Shown here: positions 24,073 through 36,748 of the stretch, one piece after another | How positions within the stretch are numbered: position 1 is the first letter of the stretch | Layout of the letters: each line of letters opens with the position of its first letter | NCBI GenBank assembly: GCA_030390025.1 | Contig: CM059431.1 | Span: forward strand, 123,444,001 to 123,508,000 | DNA from: Squalus acanthias | Lineage: Eukaryota | Reading direction: 5' to 3' | DNA length: 64,000 nucleotides | Notes under the pieces: model-generated | Databases searched by the model: none | What the model was told of the DNA's origin: nothing | The model's input: the letters and a program-made list of their open reading frames with translations, nothing else | Made by a program: the position numbers and the translations under genes

Positions 24073-24895
24073 GGCCCTGATTTGCAGTCGGCGGCGTAGC
24101 TAAGGAGTACGCTGCCGACATCCGAACGTGATCTGCACTTACCTCGTGCGAAGCCCCAGGCGAAAACTTGCTTTCAAACGCTGCAGGATTGTACGCAGCG
24201 TTGTGGCCCACGGATCCCAGGGGCGCTCCGTTGTGTGAATCCGAACCTGGGATCACGTGGGGTGGTGCTCCTTTCACTTCTTGACTCTTAGCCAATCAGG
24301 AAACATAGAAATCTCCGCTGGGACAGCATTAAGCTTTTCAAAAAGTCCATCTGAGCAGCTGACCTGGTTTTATTTTTTACTGTTCCCACTGCACTTTCCA
24401 ACAGATTGCTTCAGCATCTTTCTTCGATTTGCATTCGTTTTGCTACATTAAATGATTTGATGTCAGACTTCGGCTTTTAAATTGCTGACTGTAATAATAA
24501 TAACTCATTTAGCAGCCAGAAATGCTATTTTATTAATACATTATGATCATTGCAATAGTATTTAATACACAAAACAAGATTTCAACATGAATAGAATTCG
24601 ATCAAACACTGAAAAGTCTTGAGATACTTTTTACTGACGGTGTCCTTAAAACCATCAAAGTCGATTAGGATGCTTTTTATGGACTGTAGTATTAACCTAG
24701 CTCAAAAATAATACAATTTTCTCATCACCCCACCCCCTCCCCCCCACGCTGTGCAACAGGCTCCTGTCAGCACGTTGATTTCAATGGGTAGGTGACACAT
24801 ACAGCGAAGCCGATGCGGAGTCGGAACTTGACAGATCGCATGTTCGGGATTTAGCTCATGCGGTGAATTTCAAAGGCGACCGCAAATTCAGGGCC
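24073..24895. mobile_element. Harbinger-type MITE (823 bp)
   Basis: TIRs GGCCCTGATTTGC / GCAAATTCAGGGCC, TSD AAT/AAT, and an AT-rich core. Confidence 0.85.
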
Positions 24896-25581
24896 AATAT
24901 TGCACAGTGAAACAGCTTGAGCCCAAATTGATATTGCTGCTGTTATCTTTCATACCCTTGAATTGGTCCTTGTTTGCATACAAATCAGTCAAAATATAAA
25001 TAATTTAGGAATACATTTTGTGCCAAATTATTTATATCCTGGACACATGTTTTCATTGTTTACATCTGCACAATATGTTGTATCTTCAAAGAATTAGGGG
25101 GAACATTTTGTTCCCTTAGTGCCTCCTATTAGCACCAGCAGATGGTGCTAACGGCACTAGAGCAGTATTACCAGGGCAAGGCGAATCCAGCGCCGCACGG
25201 CAAATCCTGCACTCCCCCGGTAAGAGTTATCACCGGGAACGTCAACGCCAGGTGGATCGTGACGTCAGTGACTGTGCAACACTCACTGACTGCCCGATCT
25301 GCTAAATTGATTGTCGCCACCTACCTTAGCACCTGGAGTAAACAGCGACAGGGAGAGCTGGCGTGAAGCACCAGGAAGCCGGCTAGAGGGATTTTATTTA
25401 AAGGGATCATCAATAATCACTCGCAGCTATCAGGTTAGTACAGTTTCAGTGGTTTCTTGTCAGTTTCACAACAGTTTCATTCAGTAATTTCAAGGTTCTT
25501 TTATATCATGATTGTTGTGGCAACTAAAAAGTAGCTACATTTATTCTTCAAAGAATCAAACTGCTACACTTGATAACATTA

Positions 25582-25920
25582 ATGGGGGCTGTACTGGCAG
25601 TCGCCCTCCAGGATCTACGGCAGAGGGAGCAGAGGCAGTGAGAAAGACTGGAACATCTGCCCAGGGGGAGGAGGAGGGCCATCAGGGCTCTCAACAGGAA
25701 GCCTTACCCTCCAAGGGTTTTCCAAGAGCACTTCTCCTACCTCCAGTTAAGTGAGGAGCAGTGTATTAGAAGGCTCCGCTTCATGAAGGAGGTGGTCACA
25801 GAACTCTGCCACCTCCTGCAACCAGACCTCCGGTCTCAGACCAGGGCGACCATGACTCTCCCAGTGGCAGTCAAGGTCACCGTCGCCCTCAATTTCTTCG
25901 CCAGTGGATCCTTCCAGTCT
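25582..25920 (+). pseudogene. Truncated Harbinger transposase (N-terminal HTH part)
   Basis: MGAVLAVAL...PYPPRVF...SEEQCIRRLRFMKEVVTELCHLLQPDL...VKVTVALNFFASGSFQ, closely similar to 52464-53624. One in-frame stop. Confidence 0.85.
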
Positions 25921-27038
25921 GTAAAAGGAACTGGCCCCCGAGCTACCCTTTCACCCTGGCCTTGCTGCAGCCCACTCATCCCCAGTGCCTCACCCTGTGC
26001 AGATCCCGCTACTATGCTAGCCTCTAAAGAACAGCGTAGTGCCAGTATCTGAGGTGGTGCCTGCGGGTGAGACATGCAGTGACGCAGTGTGTTCTTCCTC
26101 CTCCTCTTCTCCCGCCTCGCTCTCAACGGTGCCCTCAGGGACAGGCTGCTCAGGTGCTTGCTGATTATCTGAAAGCATAAAGGCACAAGAGTCGGGTTAA
26201 GGTGAGGGGAGGGGGGCAAGAAGAGAGAAATGCAAGCATACAGCATGATTAGCTAGAAAGTGCGAGACGCTTGTGGGGTGAGAGGGAAGTGGGATGTGCG
26301 AAGAAGGAGGAGTAGGGATGAACATACCGTTGTCGTCCCCAAAGGGGTCAACGTCGCCGGTGGCCACAGCGCCCACCACCTGGTGCCCAATAATCTGCAG
26401 CACTCGATTCTCCAGCATAGACAGTGGTTGGGTATCGGCTTGTCTCCCGCCTGTGCTTTCCTGCTCCCTCCTGTTGTGAGCCACCTTGGCCTGCAAGAGA
26501 AAGGAAAGTGTGTGAGTGAGTGTGGAGCAATGTTTTTGGGTGATGTGCCTGCCATAGTTTTTTTTAATTTGTTAATGGGATGTGGGTGTCGCTGGCAAGG
26601 CCAGCATTTATTGCCCATCCCTAGTTGCCCTTGAGAAGGTGGTGGTGGTGAGCTGTGATTGTGTGCAAGGTGTGAGATGTGGGTGTGAGTGTTGCTTGGC
26701 AGAGATTGTTGGTGGGTGCGTGCTGGGGGTGTGGTGCTTTGGGCAGTTTGTACAGACTGTGGTTCAGATGGTGGTATGTAGCATTTGTTGAAGCATTCAC
26801 TCACCCTGACCACCCGAGTGAGGTTATTAAATTTCTTCCTGCACTGTGTGTGGGTCCTGGGGACCACAGTGCTGCGTGAGACATGCTCCGCTATCTCCCT
26901 CCACATGGTGTGGAAGTCTTGTGGCGAGGGTCTCCTGCCACTTGCCAGGTAGAGCACCACCCTCCGTCTCTCCATGATGAAAATCAATGCTTCATCACAG
27001 AATCTGCGGGCTCTCTCCCTGGGGTGTGGATCTGCCAT
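25921..27038 (-). pseudogene. Truncated Harbinger Myb/SANT gene
   Basis: Exon 1 27038-26805 (MADPHPRERARRF...RTHTQCRKKFNNLTRVVR), exon 2 26490-26328, exon 3 from 26168 cut by the deletion. Confidence 0.85.
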
Positions 27039-29119
27039 GAGTACAGCGGCTTCAGTCCTTCGGCTCCTTCTCCTTGTCTTGTTTCTGCTTGCTGAGGCAG
27101 CTGCACAGCCAGCAATGCTGAGAATGAGGTGCTGCAGCATAAATGAACCTCCCCTTTAAGTACTGAAAAAAGCTGTGGCAATCATGACTTGCAATTAGAC
27201 TGCACCAGATATTGGTCCACCTTTTGAGTGTAACGTCAATGAGTTTGGACTTTAAAGACTTAAATTAGGACTCCAATCATTTTTTGAGCAGTGAGCACAA
27301 ATTTTGCGTGCAGTCTAAAGCATCAGCTCCTGGCGCTAATTCTCCAACTTTTCTACTAACACCGCCCATTCCTGGGCTATAACGAATTTCTAGCCCTAAT
27401 CTTTTAATAGATTGGATCTATTGTTAAAATCTCCTGAACTAAGATGACAGCGGGGTTGTGGCTAGGTACAGCAGAATAAATGCCTAAGGAACTGTCTAAT
27501 GAGAGTGCTTCAATTCATCAAAAGTGCACAGACCGAAAGAGCTCAAATAATAGAATTGCTCAAAGATCTGAATATAATGTTCAGTCTCTGCCAGAGTTGC
27601 TACAGATGATGTGCTACAGTTCATCACATGCAGGCTTCATACTGAAACAGTGAAGCATTTGCTAACATCAACCTGTATATCTACTACGAGCAAATAACTT
27701 CTATGGGCTTTGGTCCTTATGTATGTTAAAAATATACTTTGGATACAATATGTAAGGATAGCATTGCAAACTCTAAAACACGTCGTAACATAAATCAAAT
27801 ACAGTTTTAAAAAATTTGAATTATGACTTCAATACTCAGTAACATATACTTTCTGGAGATTGAATGCTGATGAGGTGCTGTGTAAGAAAATGCTAAACCA
27901 GCTAAATGTAATCATGTTGCCATGGAAACTTTTAAGATTTAATATTCCTACAGCAAATGCAAAAGGATGTACTGAAATCCTAAAATTCTTTGAATTAAAT
28001 TACAATTGCAATGTTTATAAGACACAAGAGGAAATGCTAATTGCTATGGGGTAAGAATTATTCCGGTCGCTATATGTAAACAATATTGTAAATGTATTTT
28101 TGAAGATTTCTTCTGTTTGCTATTTCTTGAGAAATCATAAAAAATTTATAAATGAACACATCTGGGATTTCACTCGAAACACTGAAGACATCTTTGCCAT
28201 ATCACTGCACATAGCAAGCAGAGGAATTTCTTATCCCTATTTACTTTTTAGTAAAAATGTGTTACTTAGCCATTAATAATGCACAGAAGGACTGGATTGG
28301 CCAGAATACAAAGAAGACCCTCCACTATTGCCTTATCATCTCTCCTTCATAAACTAACTGTGATGAATAAACGAGCTATGAATGTCTCTAATGTACCTAC
28401 AAATGTCTGTAAAGTAGGACCAGTGGTGCTAGTTTTTCTTCCGACCAAAGATGGACCATTTCCTTACCATCGAGCAATTACATAGCAAGATCCAATCAAG
28501 ACCTTGTCTAATTTATTTAATGAGTGATGAGAAATTTGAACATCAGTTGATGTTGTTTGAATTCCCAACTTCCTGCTTGGAGATTACACATTCCTGCCTA
28601 GATATTCCACTGATTGTGCAACCTAAATTCTATTTCCTTCAAGACAAACCTCATTTAGGCCTGGTGCAGCATTAGTACCCATGGTTGCATACAGAATGGA
28701 ATTTTTTTCCCTCTTCCTATCCTGACACAAACTCCAGGTGGTATTCCTGCTCAGGCCTGAGTTAAAATTACAGTCGGGTCTCAATGATGTCATCGGGCCG
28801 CAACATGCATATGTAAAGAAGGACCTTGCTGTCTCTGGGCGGGTGTCCTTGCTGCCTGCTCAGGAGAGCAGGTTAAAATTGCAGATGTTGCGATCATGGC
28901 AGCTTTCGGACAGGTAAGAGCCAGGGCGATTTTAACTGCCCACCCGTCAGGTTTCTGCTGAGCGAGTAGGGTTCAAATCGTCCCCAAAGAAACTACACTA
29001 TTAGTTGGGGTAGGCAACTCTCTGGTTGATTTTCCACCTGTACAAGCAAGACCGATAAAAGTAGACATGAGACCAGTATTTTCATATACTGGTATATTTC
29101 CCATGGCATTATTCAAAGT

Positions 29120-29305
29120 GGGAGCAATTTTGACTTTGACTGATAGTGTAAAACAGGAGATATCAGATCAGCTGCTTATTATCCATCACTCCCGATTTCC
29201 ATTCCCATCAAAGTCAATGGAAATGAAAAGCGGGAGAGATGTATAATGGGCAGCTGATCTGATATCATCTGTTTTACATTATCGGCTAAAGTTAATATTA
29301 CCCCC
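29120..29305. mobile_element. Palindromic ~186-bp MITE
   Basis: The whole element is an imperfect hairpin (GATAGTGTAAAACAG...CTGTTTTACATTATC) with TSD AGT/AGT. Confidence 0.8.
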
Positions 29306-29536
29306 AGTGAGTTGGAGGATCTGTTTTAATCAGCCTTCTTGTAATTGAGTGCTGCTCATTTTTACATGTAAAATGAAGTCAATCACCTTGATTATTTTTA
29401 TATTAATAAATAAGCTACCTCTATTTGTTAAATATTTTCCTTTCTTACATTGAATTTTTAACCCTTATATCTTTGAAAGCTAATGAAAAACAACAAGATG
29501 TTATTCAAGACATATCCAGTTAGAAATAAATACCTG

Positions 29537-30273
29537 GGGGCTGAAAATCTCCAGGTTTTTGATTCTGACCTAAATGTCAGGATTCACCCACTAGCGACCT
29601 CCAGAGTGAGCACATGAATGTTTCCAGGGTCAGCGAGAGGTCACATAATGTAAATGCAATAGATGCCCATGTCACTTGGAGCGCATCTCAGGTGCCTGCC
29701 ATAGGGGAAACCTGGCACGGGCTCACCACACCAGAGGGGATGGGGATTGCCAGAACTCCCCAGGGAAACAAAGAAATATTCCTTACTTGCCCCATCTGTC
29801 TCATATTACATTCTGGGATTTTTAATCAGTGTTCTGGGGGCCCAAGCCTAGTTCTTAGCCTGGATCCCTGAAGAAATTTAAAAACATTATATAACCTTTT
29901 GATCTCACTTGTAAGACAGCCAAAAATTTTAAATATACAGTTCCAGATCCAGTTCAGGATCTAGGCTATGATCCCTAGGTGAGCTTCACTTGCACGCTGG
30001 ACAGGCCACTGCTCCTGCTTCCACCCGGCATACCAGTCCTCTGATGCTTTGCCAGGACAGGGACGCAGTAACTCATGGGAGCCACGCCCTCTCTTGTGTA
30101 ACTTATTGTTTAGGCTGGGCTGAGGCACTACCGTCAACATGATCTGGTGGAAATTGTCGGGAAAGGCTGAGACTTGGTGTATCCAGGTCCCGGGATAATT
30201 TGCGCTATTTGTGCCAAACCCCTGTCAGAGTGACAGTGGGCGTGCACTTAAAGAGCTGTGGATTTTCAGCTCC
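29537..30273. mobile_element. Harbinger-type MITE
   Basis: TIRs GGGGCTGAAAATC / GATTTTCAGCTCC; no clean TSD. Confidence 0.6.
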
Positions 30274-30754
30274 TCACGGTATTCACCAGTACTGAGGAAA
30301 GGGAGCCAGAGGGTTTAGCAGCACTCGGGCATGGTCCTGGTCATTAGTAGCACTCTTGGTCTGGGGCACTAGTTTATAAGTTTCTAATGGTTCATTGAAC
30401 AAAATGAATTAATTGATTTATGATAGATTCCTGGAAAAATACTGGGGTAGATTTTGGCCAGCAAAGAGGCCGGAGCCATTTTAAGGCGCGGCCTCATTTA
30501 AATAGAACTGGTGAGATACAGGCGGCAAATAGTCTTCCCATTCCCCATGTAGCTCACTGGATTCGGGCCAGTGCAATATGGTACGGCCACAAGGCAAGGA
30601 AAGGTTTTGGAGGGAGGGTGGAAGGGGTTGCATTTATGGTGGGCGGGAAGTCCAGGGCAGTAGTGACCCAGATTACTTTTGTAGTGCCCAGAAGAGCAGT
30701 CCCACAAAATCATTTAAAACTTACCTTTTACGGGTCTCTTCAGCGGTACCACAA

Positions 30755-31064
30755 ACTTTACAGCCAGTGAAGTACTTTTGAAGTGTAGTCACTGTTGTAA
30801 TGCAGGGAAATGCGGCAGGCAATTTGCACACAGCAAGCTCCCACAAACAGCGTTTCCTACATTACTACACTTCAAAAGTATTTCATTGGCTGTAAAGTGC
30901 TTTGGGGTGTCCTGAGGTCAAGAAAAGTGCTGTATAAATGCAAGTTTGTATTTTTCTTTCTTTCTGTTAGCCTGGATTATGTGTTAAAGCTTCTGAAATG
31001 AGGCTTGAACCCACCATGACCTTCTGACTTAGAGGTGAGAGTAATATCACTGAGCCAAGGCTGA
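30755..31064. mobile_element. SacSINE1-type pieces in mixed orientation
   Basis: Tail on - (30755-30850), tail on + (30851-30964), tRNA head on - (30965-31064). Confidence 0.7.
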
Positions 31065-31806
31065 CATATAATGGTGGACCTTTTGAAGCTATTGTTTATA
31101 CAACTGAGTGACTGGTTTAAGAGTCAACATATAGGTCAGACTAGGTAGGGGTGGCAGCTTTCCTCTCTGATGGATGGTTGGGTACTTGTAACAATCTGTT
31201 AGCTATAATGTTGATTTTTCTTTCTGGTGCCACAAATGACCAGATTTGTTGAATTAAATTCCACAATTTACTATGGTGAGATTTACAATCATGATTTCTA
31301 AGTTGCTATCCACTATTATAGCCATTATACCAGAGTTTAAGCTTTCACCAGAGAAGGAGAACAATTAGGGCTTGACTAATGGAGCTACCAAACTATTAGT
31401 TCCAAAGGTAGAATTATTTCTGTCACTAAAGTAACAGTTGATTTTCAAAAAAAAAAACTCCTGTCAAATTCCGTATTATATTCAAAATCAAAAGTTTTAT
31501 TTCTGGCAACTGAAGTGTACTGTGCATCAATCTATCGTGGGTTTTTAAACTAAAAGTAAGGCGTTTTCAATAATTATAATACCCATTAAAATCTTCTGAT
31601 GATCACCTTTCACTGAGATTCTTCAACTGAATCTCAAATAGTTGAATTTCTATGAGTACGCTGTCAACATTCAGGAAAGTCACAAGTCATAATTCTCAGG
31701 CTGTTGTGTGGTCTTTGACAGACTAATGATGTGGGCTGCCTGGAGCACAAAGAATATACATACTGTAAAATAATGCCATCTGTACCATTTACTGAGCACA
31801 GACACT

Positions 31807-31993
31807 GGGGTAGGTCTCGACTTTGTGCGATAGTGTAAAACAGGTGACAGCCAGTCAGCAGCCGGTTTTACATCTCTCCTGAATTTTATTTCCATAGAAA
31901 GTCAATGGAAACAAAAATTGGGAGAGATGCAAAACTGGCTGCCATTTTGCTATCAACCGTTTTACATTATCGGACAAAGTAAAGATCTACCGC
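31807..31993. mobile_element. Palindromic MITE, same family as 29120-29305
   Basis: GATAGTGTAAAACAGG...CCGTTTTACATTATC with central AAAGTCAATGGAAA. Confidence 0.75.
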
Positions 31994-32104
31994 AGTGTGC
32001 CACTTACGAGTATAAGGGTAAGACTAGTATTGCAACCTATTATTAGTTGTTTATGTGCGTGTGTCTTTATGATCTATGGCTAAAAAAAACTATTGGAAAA
32101 TAAA

Positions 32105-32949
32105 GGGCTGGATTTTGTCAATGGGGACGTGATGGAGGCGGGACTCCCACTTTTTGGGTTGTAGTCCCGCCTCCGTTGACTTGTGGCCAACCCACTGTAT
32201 TTTCCCTTGATTGACCGTGTTAAGCCCGCCCAGTGGGCTTAGCAGGCCAATCAAGGGTCCCTTGGATACAGGTGACATCAGCCATTGAAATTTCATCTGT
32301 CAAGAGCTTTTGACAGATGAAATTTCAGCGTTTGACAGCTCTGTGAAGCTGTCAAACACTGACAATATGATTTCTAACGTGAGTCCCTGTACTTAGACTC
32401 AGTTAGAAATCAATCCAGCACAGAAAGCAGAGACTGCAGCTTTTGACAGCTCCGCGGCCATTCTGCTTTCTGTGCCGGTGAGCTGAGGGACTCCCGAGAA
32501 CTGAAGGAAGGAAGCCTGCAGGACAAAGTTAAGGTAAGTACAAGTTCTTAAAACACTTTACACACACCAAACACACTTACCTCTGCACTCATGCACCCAT
32601 CACTCACCTGCACAACAGACATCTCGACCCCTCCAAGCCCTCCAGACCGACAGTCCGCCTCGCTAAATCGGCGTGGTTCGGACCTGTCGGGAAGCCCACA
32701 CTTCAAGGCTAAAAATAGGGATTAGGTAAAAAACTGCCTGTTAACTACCTGTTAACAGGCAGTTTATTGGCACTAATCCCCTTCCCGCCTCGGGGAGGCG
32801 GGTCCCAGCACAAGTCGGGTACCCGCCTCCTGTGAAACTGGCATGGAGGCGGGTTGGGGGGCGGGATGGGTTCGGGACCCCCGAATCTGCTATTTTAACC
32901 CCCCACACGCCTCCAAACCCGCCTCCACGGGTCAATGAAAATTCTGCCC
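32105..32949. mobile_element. Harbinger MITE (845 bp)
   Basis: TIRs GGGCTGGATTTT / AAAATTCTGCCC and TSD AAA/AAA. The right end is the reverse complement of the left end of 41456-42153. Confidence 0.85.
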
Positions 32950-33007
32950 AAAGTGTATTTACCATTTTATTGTTTTATTTCCCCTTTTTCCCCTCTTGAA
33001 GGATGCA

Positions 33008-33685
33008 GAGGTAGAATTTAGTTCTGGCCTGTTTTCGAGCGCAAAACCAACTGCACGCAGGGAGCTTGTGCCCCAAACCGGGAGGCCTGAGGCTCGCCTA
33101 AATTTAGGCCTCGGGCCTCACTTGTTTAATCTAGGTGAGCTGTCGACACCTGTCACACCTCCATATGCAGCTCGCCCACTTTGTCTGCATGAATGGCAAG
33201 CCGATTGCATCATTGGCAGCGGCCCAAAGGTAAGTCCTGGAATGAGGGTAAGCACCAACGGTTGGGGTCAATCACAAATACTGTGGAGGTGGGGGGTGGG
33301 GAGGTGTGGAATGGGGGTTTGGGGGGTTGGAGGAGGGTGGGGAGGGAGGCGGCAGTGCCCCTGGAACCACAGCAACATTTTCAGAATTCAAAAAATGAAC
33401 CTTTTGTTGGTGGTCACTACTTAGGCCACAGCATTTGCTGAAGAATTCTTGCAATTTCTGTAAGAGAACCAGAACTGGATGTTAGACCCCTCATTTACTA
33501 TTGTAAGGGATCCAGCGCCTGTTTTAGGCGGCCACCAGGGACAGCTGAAAAATGGCTCAAATCAGTTTCAGGTTGGACGTCTTCCATTTCTCCTTGAGGC
33601 ACATGACATTTGTCCCTGAAAATGGGTCTCACTGTGCCCATTTTACACACGTTAAACAAGTGCAACAATGTCCAAATTCTACTCT
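33008..33685. mobile_element. Harbinger-type MITE
   Basis: GAGGTAGAATTT / AAATTCTACTCT with flanks GCA/GTA. Confidence 0.6.
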
Positions 33686-33777
33686 GTAGGCTGAGAGTTG
33701 AGTATATTCCAGTGTTGTAAAGTGCCCTCTATTACTTCATCCAAGTATCAATCCTTATGTGTAAGATCAGACACTGA

Positions 33778-34051
33778 GGGGTAAAAATTGGATCTTGTTG
33801 TGCCCGTTTAATGGACGTAAAATAGGCTCAACGAGGGCCAAATTCTATGACTAAAGTACTGTGCCTGAAGGATGCGTGATAGACATCTTACCCAATATTG
33901 TGTCAGGTAATTTTTCAGGCTGCCTAACGGCAGCCTAAAACAGGCCCTTATGTACATAAGAACCCTAACACAGGTTTTAGGCCCCCTTTACCAAATTGGA
34001 CTTCAGCGTCCATTTCAGATCTGAAAACAGGCCTATAACAATTTATTTCCC
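33778..34051. mobile_element. Short Harbinger-type MITE
   Basis: GGGGTAAAAATTG / CAATTTATTTCCC with TSD TGA/TGA. Confidence 0.7.
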
Positions 34052-34225
34052 TGAGTGTTGAACATCGTAGCTGAGCCATATCCTGTTCTCACTCAACATG
34101 CATTTTTTGGCAACAATTACTGGATAGCGAACAGGAACAGGAACCTTGGGTGATTTCCCTTTGCTTAGTTCAACTGAGCCCAGTTGTAGCACTCAACTGC
34201 TGAGATCAGTTCACTCAGTACAGAC

Positions 34226-34599
34226 GGGTACAGTAGCATAGTGGTTATGTTACTGGTCGAGTAATCCAGAGGCCTGGACTATTGATTCAGAGGCCTGAGT
34301 TCAAACCACAGCAGCTGGGGAATTTAAATACAGTTAAAGAAATCTGGATAAAAAGCTAGTATCAGTAATGGTGACCATGTCATTAAAAACCCATCTGGTT
34401 CACTAATGTCCTTTAGGGAAGGAAATCTGCTGTCCTCACCCAGTCTGGCTTGTATGTGTACTCCAGACCCACAGCAATGTGGTAGACTCTGAAATGGCCT
34501 AGCAAGCCATTCAGTTGTATTCAAGAAGGTGGCTCACCACCTAGGGATGGGCAATAAATGCTGGCCTTGCTGACCACGTCCACATGAATTAAAAAAAAA
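34226..34599 (+). mobile_element. tRNA-derived SINE with a Zenon-like LINE tail
   Basis: A-box-like TAGCATAGTGG, B-box-like GAGTTCAAAC, 3' end TTCAAGAAGGTGGCTCACCAC...GGGATGGGCAATAAATGCTGGCCTTGC plus poly-A. Confidence 0.75.
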
Positions 34600-34812
34600 A
34601 TGAAACCTGAAACCTTTGAATCTGTTCGGCTCAGTTACCTTCTGCCTTTGCCAACAGACCCATTGGCACAGGCGGTTATTTTCTCTCTTAAATATTTGCT
34701 GTTCTCCCTTGTTTGTTTTAATCTTGGTATAAATAAATTTTCACAAATTATCATCAATTAACTCAACACAATTTCCATACATCAATAATAAAAACAGAAA
34801 GTACTTGCTTAA

Positions 34813-34976
34813 AACCTGTTACACCTCTAACTTTTTCTAGTTCTGACGAAAGGTCATCAACCTAAAACGTTAACTCTGTTTTTCTCTCTCCACAGATGCT
34901 GCCTGACCTGCTGAGTATTTCCAGCGTTTTCTGTTTACATTTCAGATTTCCAGCATCCGCAGTATTTTGCTTTTTT
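34813..34976 (+). mobile_element. Penelope-like terminal repeat
   Basis: CTGACGAAAGGTCATCAACCTAAAACGTTAACTCTG...GATGCTGCCTGACCTGCTGAG. Partial copies at 3736, 48500 and 60404. Confidence 0.65.
34839..34875 (+). ncRNA. Degenerate minimal type I hammerhead ribozyme
   Basis: Stem I AGTT/AACT, core CTGACGA, stem II AGGT/ACCT, then AAAAC (the conserved GAAAC mutated) and palindromic ACGT in place of stem III. Confidence 0.55.
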
Positions 34977-36393
34977 ATTCTGTACATCAATAATAGCTAA
35001 GCTTTTAGTTTCTTAAATTATTAAATTTATTAAGTTTAAATTATTTGTTATATTCTTAAACTATTATTGCTATTATTTGAAGATGGTGCAGGTTTATTTG
35101 TAAGAAATTATAGTTGTCATTTTAATGATCTAAGATTGTTTGTACTAGTAAAGATAATGGGTTGGTGTTACTTTTTTGCCTAAGGTACTCTCTAAAATAA
35201 TAAGTAGTGAGAATGTGCTGCAAATATCAGCCTGACAGGTAGGCCCCTTGGCAGTAGTTGAGGCCCAGCTAAAGTCACCCAGGTTCTTTAAATACACTGA
35301 AGCTGACATTTTTTGCTGTCAATTCAGCTTCACCTCCCTCTGTGCTGGCACAACGATCATTTCATAATTCTAACTTATTTAGGTCACCCTACAGTGGATT
35401 GCATATTTTCAGGAAATTAGAATTAAATGGTTGAGAAACAAAGCTCACATGTCACTTAGTCCCCTCTTCCTTTCTTCTTGGTCTACCTGGGAAAGACTGT
35501 CAAAAATCAAATCCTCTTAATTATTTTTTTTAAAAGCCATCTTCCTACTGATGACAGCAAGGTGTGTTTTAAAAGTTTTATCAAATCCTGGCAAGGAATC
35601 GTTTTGTTTGAATGGAAACTGATGACTGCAGTGTAGCTAATGTCTACTCAAACTGCTCAGAAAAGTCCAGGCTATTGAAGTAGGAATGATATCGAGGTAA
35701 ATGTTCATTGTGTTACTGTTCAGGTCCATAGAATGTCAATGCTAAAATAACTGGAATATCTAATCTGACGATCAAATATTGACATTAATAACTATGCAAT
35801 AAAACTAGCTGAGCTCCAGAACCTAACTGAGTAACCAAACTCATCTAATAAACTACAAAAAATATAAGTGAGCTATATAGCCACAGAATATATCTAGTAG
35901 AAATGAACAACAAACCAGACTAAAGACTCAGATTAACACTATTTCATACTTACTCACAAAGACTTGCATTTTCCCCTCTTTGGATTATTCTGAGTTCACA
36001 TATGCCTACTTCTTCAATAAAAATGGTGCTATATACACAGAGAAACAACATGTTATTTTTGTATGTACAGTCTCATTTCACATTAGTCCACCAAGTGTCT
36101 TCTAATATCTTTTTTTAATATACTTTTCCCTATACTGTTCTCCTGAAGGCATTGACTTATGATGGAGCATAGTTCCACTAACATCAATCACCTTCTCTAC
36201 CTCACTCAAGTGGCCATTCTTCATGTCAGCAGGCTATTTATCTAGTGGGGCATCACAGCTCAGCCCAGCCCTGTTCTCACCCAACGTATGCACTTTTTAC
36301 CAGGGTTCACTGGATTCCGATGCAAAGTGGGAGCCCTGGCTAATTTTAGTCTTCTAGCTTTAGTGATGATGTTGCAATTCCTTTTGCTGCATA

Positions 36394-36748
36394 CAGGAAA
36401 CTTTCGTTTATCCGGCATCGACGGGACCGGCGTGGTGCCGGTTTATCGAAAGTACCGGATAACAGAGAGTTACATCTACCGAGGCTATTTTTAACAAAGA
36501 GACTCCAAGCAGCACGGGAGAATCTACTCATGCTAGTGCAATGTTTCGGACTTGCGACAGCGCCAGGAGGCCGAGTAGTGGCACTTTTGAAAAGTACCCC
36601 TACTGACTAAATCGGCGTTCGCGGACTCGGACTCGGACTCGGGATCGGCAACATTGCCGGTTATTTGAGAGGAGTTTTCGGAGGATGATTTTTGCCGGTT
36701 AAGCGAGAATTCCGGATATTTGGGTGCCGGATAAACTAAAGTTTCCTG
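36394..36748. mobile_element. Tc1/mariner (Tigger/pogo-like) MITE, 355 bp
   Basis: 24-bp TIR CAGGAAACTTT(C/A)GTTTATCCGGCA with 1 mismatch and TA TSDs at 36392-93 and 36749-50. CpG-rich. Confidence 0.9.

Larger units (their letters stand above)
25097..27396. mobile_element. Internally deleted Harbinger (2.3 kb)
   Basis: Ends GGGGGAACATTT / AATTTCTAGCCC with flanks TTA/TAA. The transposase 5' part (+) is fused to the Myb gene (-) at ~25921. Confidence 0.85.

Noticed and set aside
26253..27140. 295-aa single-exon protein
   Set aside because: Only 27038-26805 is Myb exon 1; the rest reads through an intron that contains a LINE tail.
27400..28740. Host exons in AT-rich unique DNA (also 21000-21900 and 35000-36100)
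   Set aside because: Only short ORFs, with no recognisable protein motif or convincing splice-site pairs.
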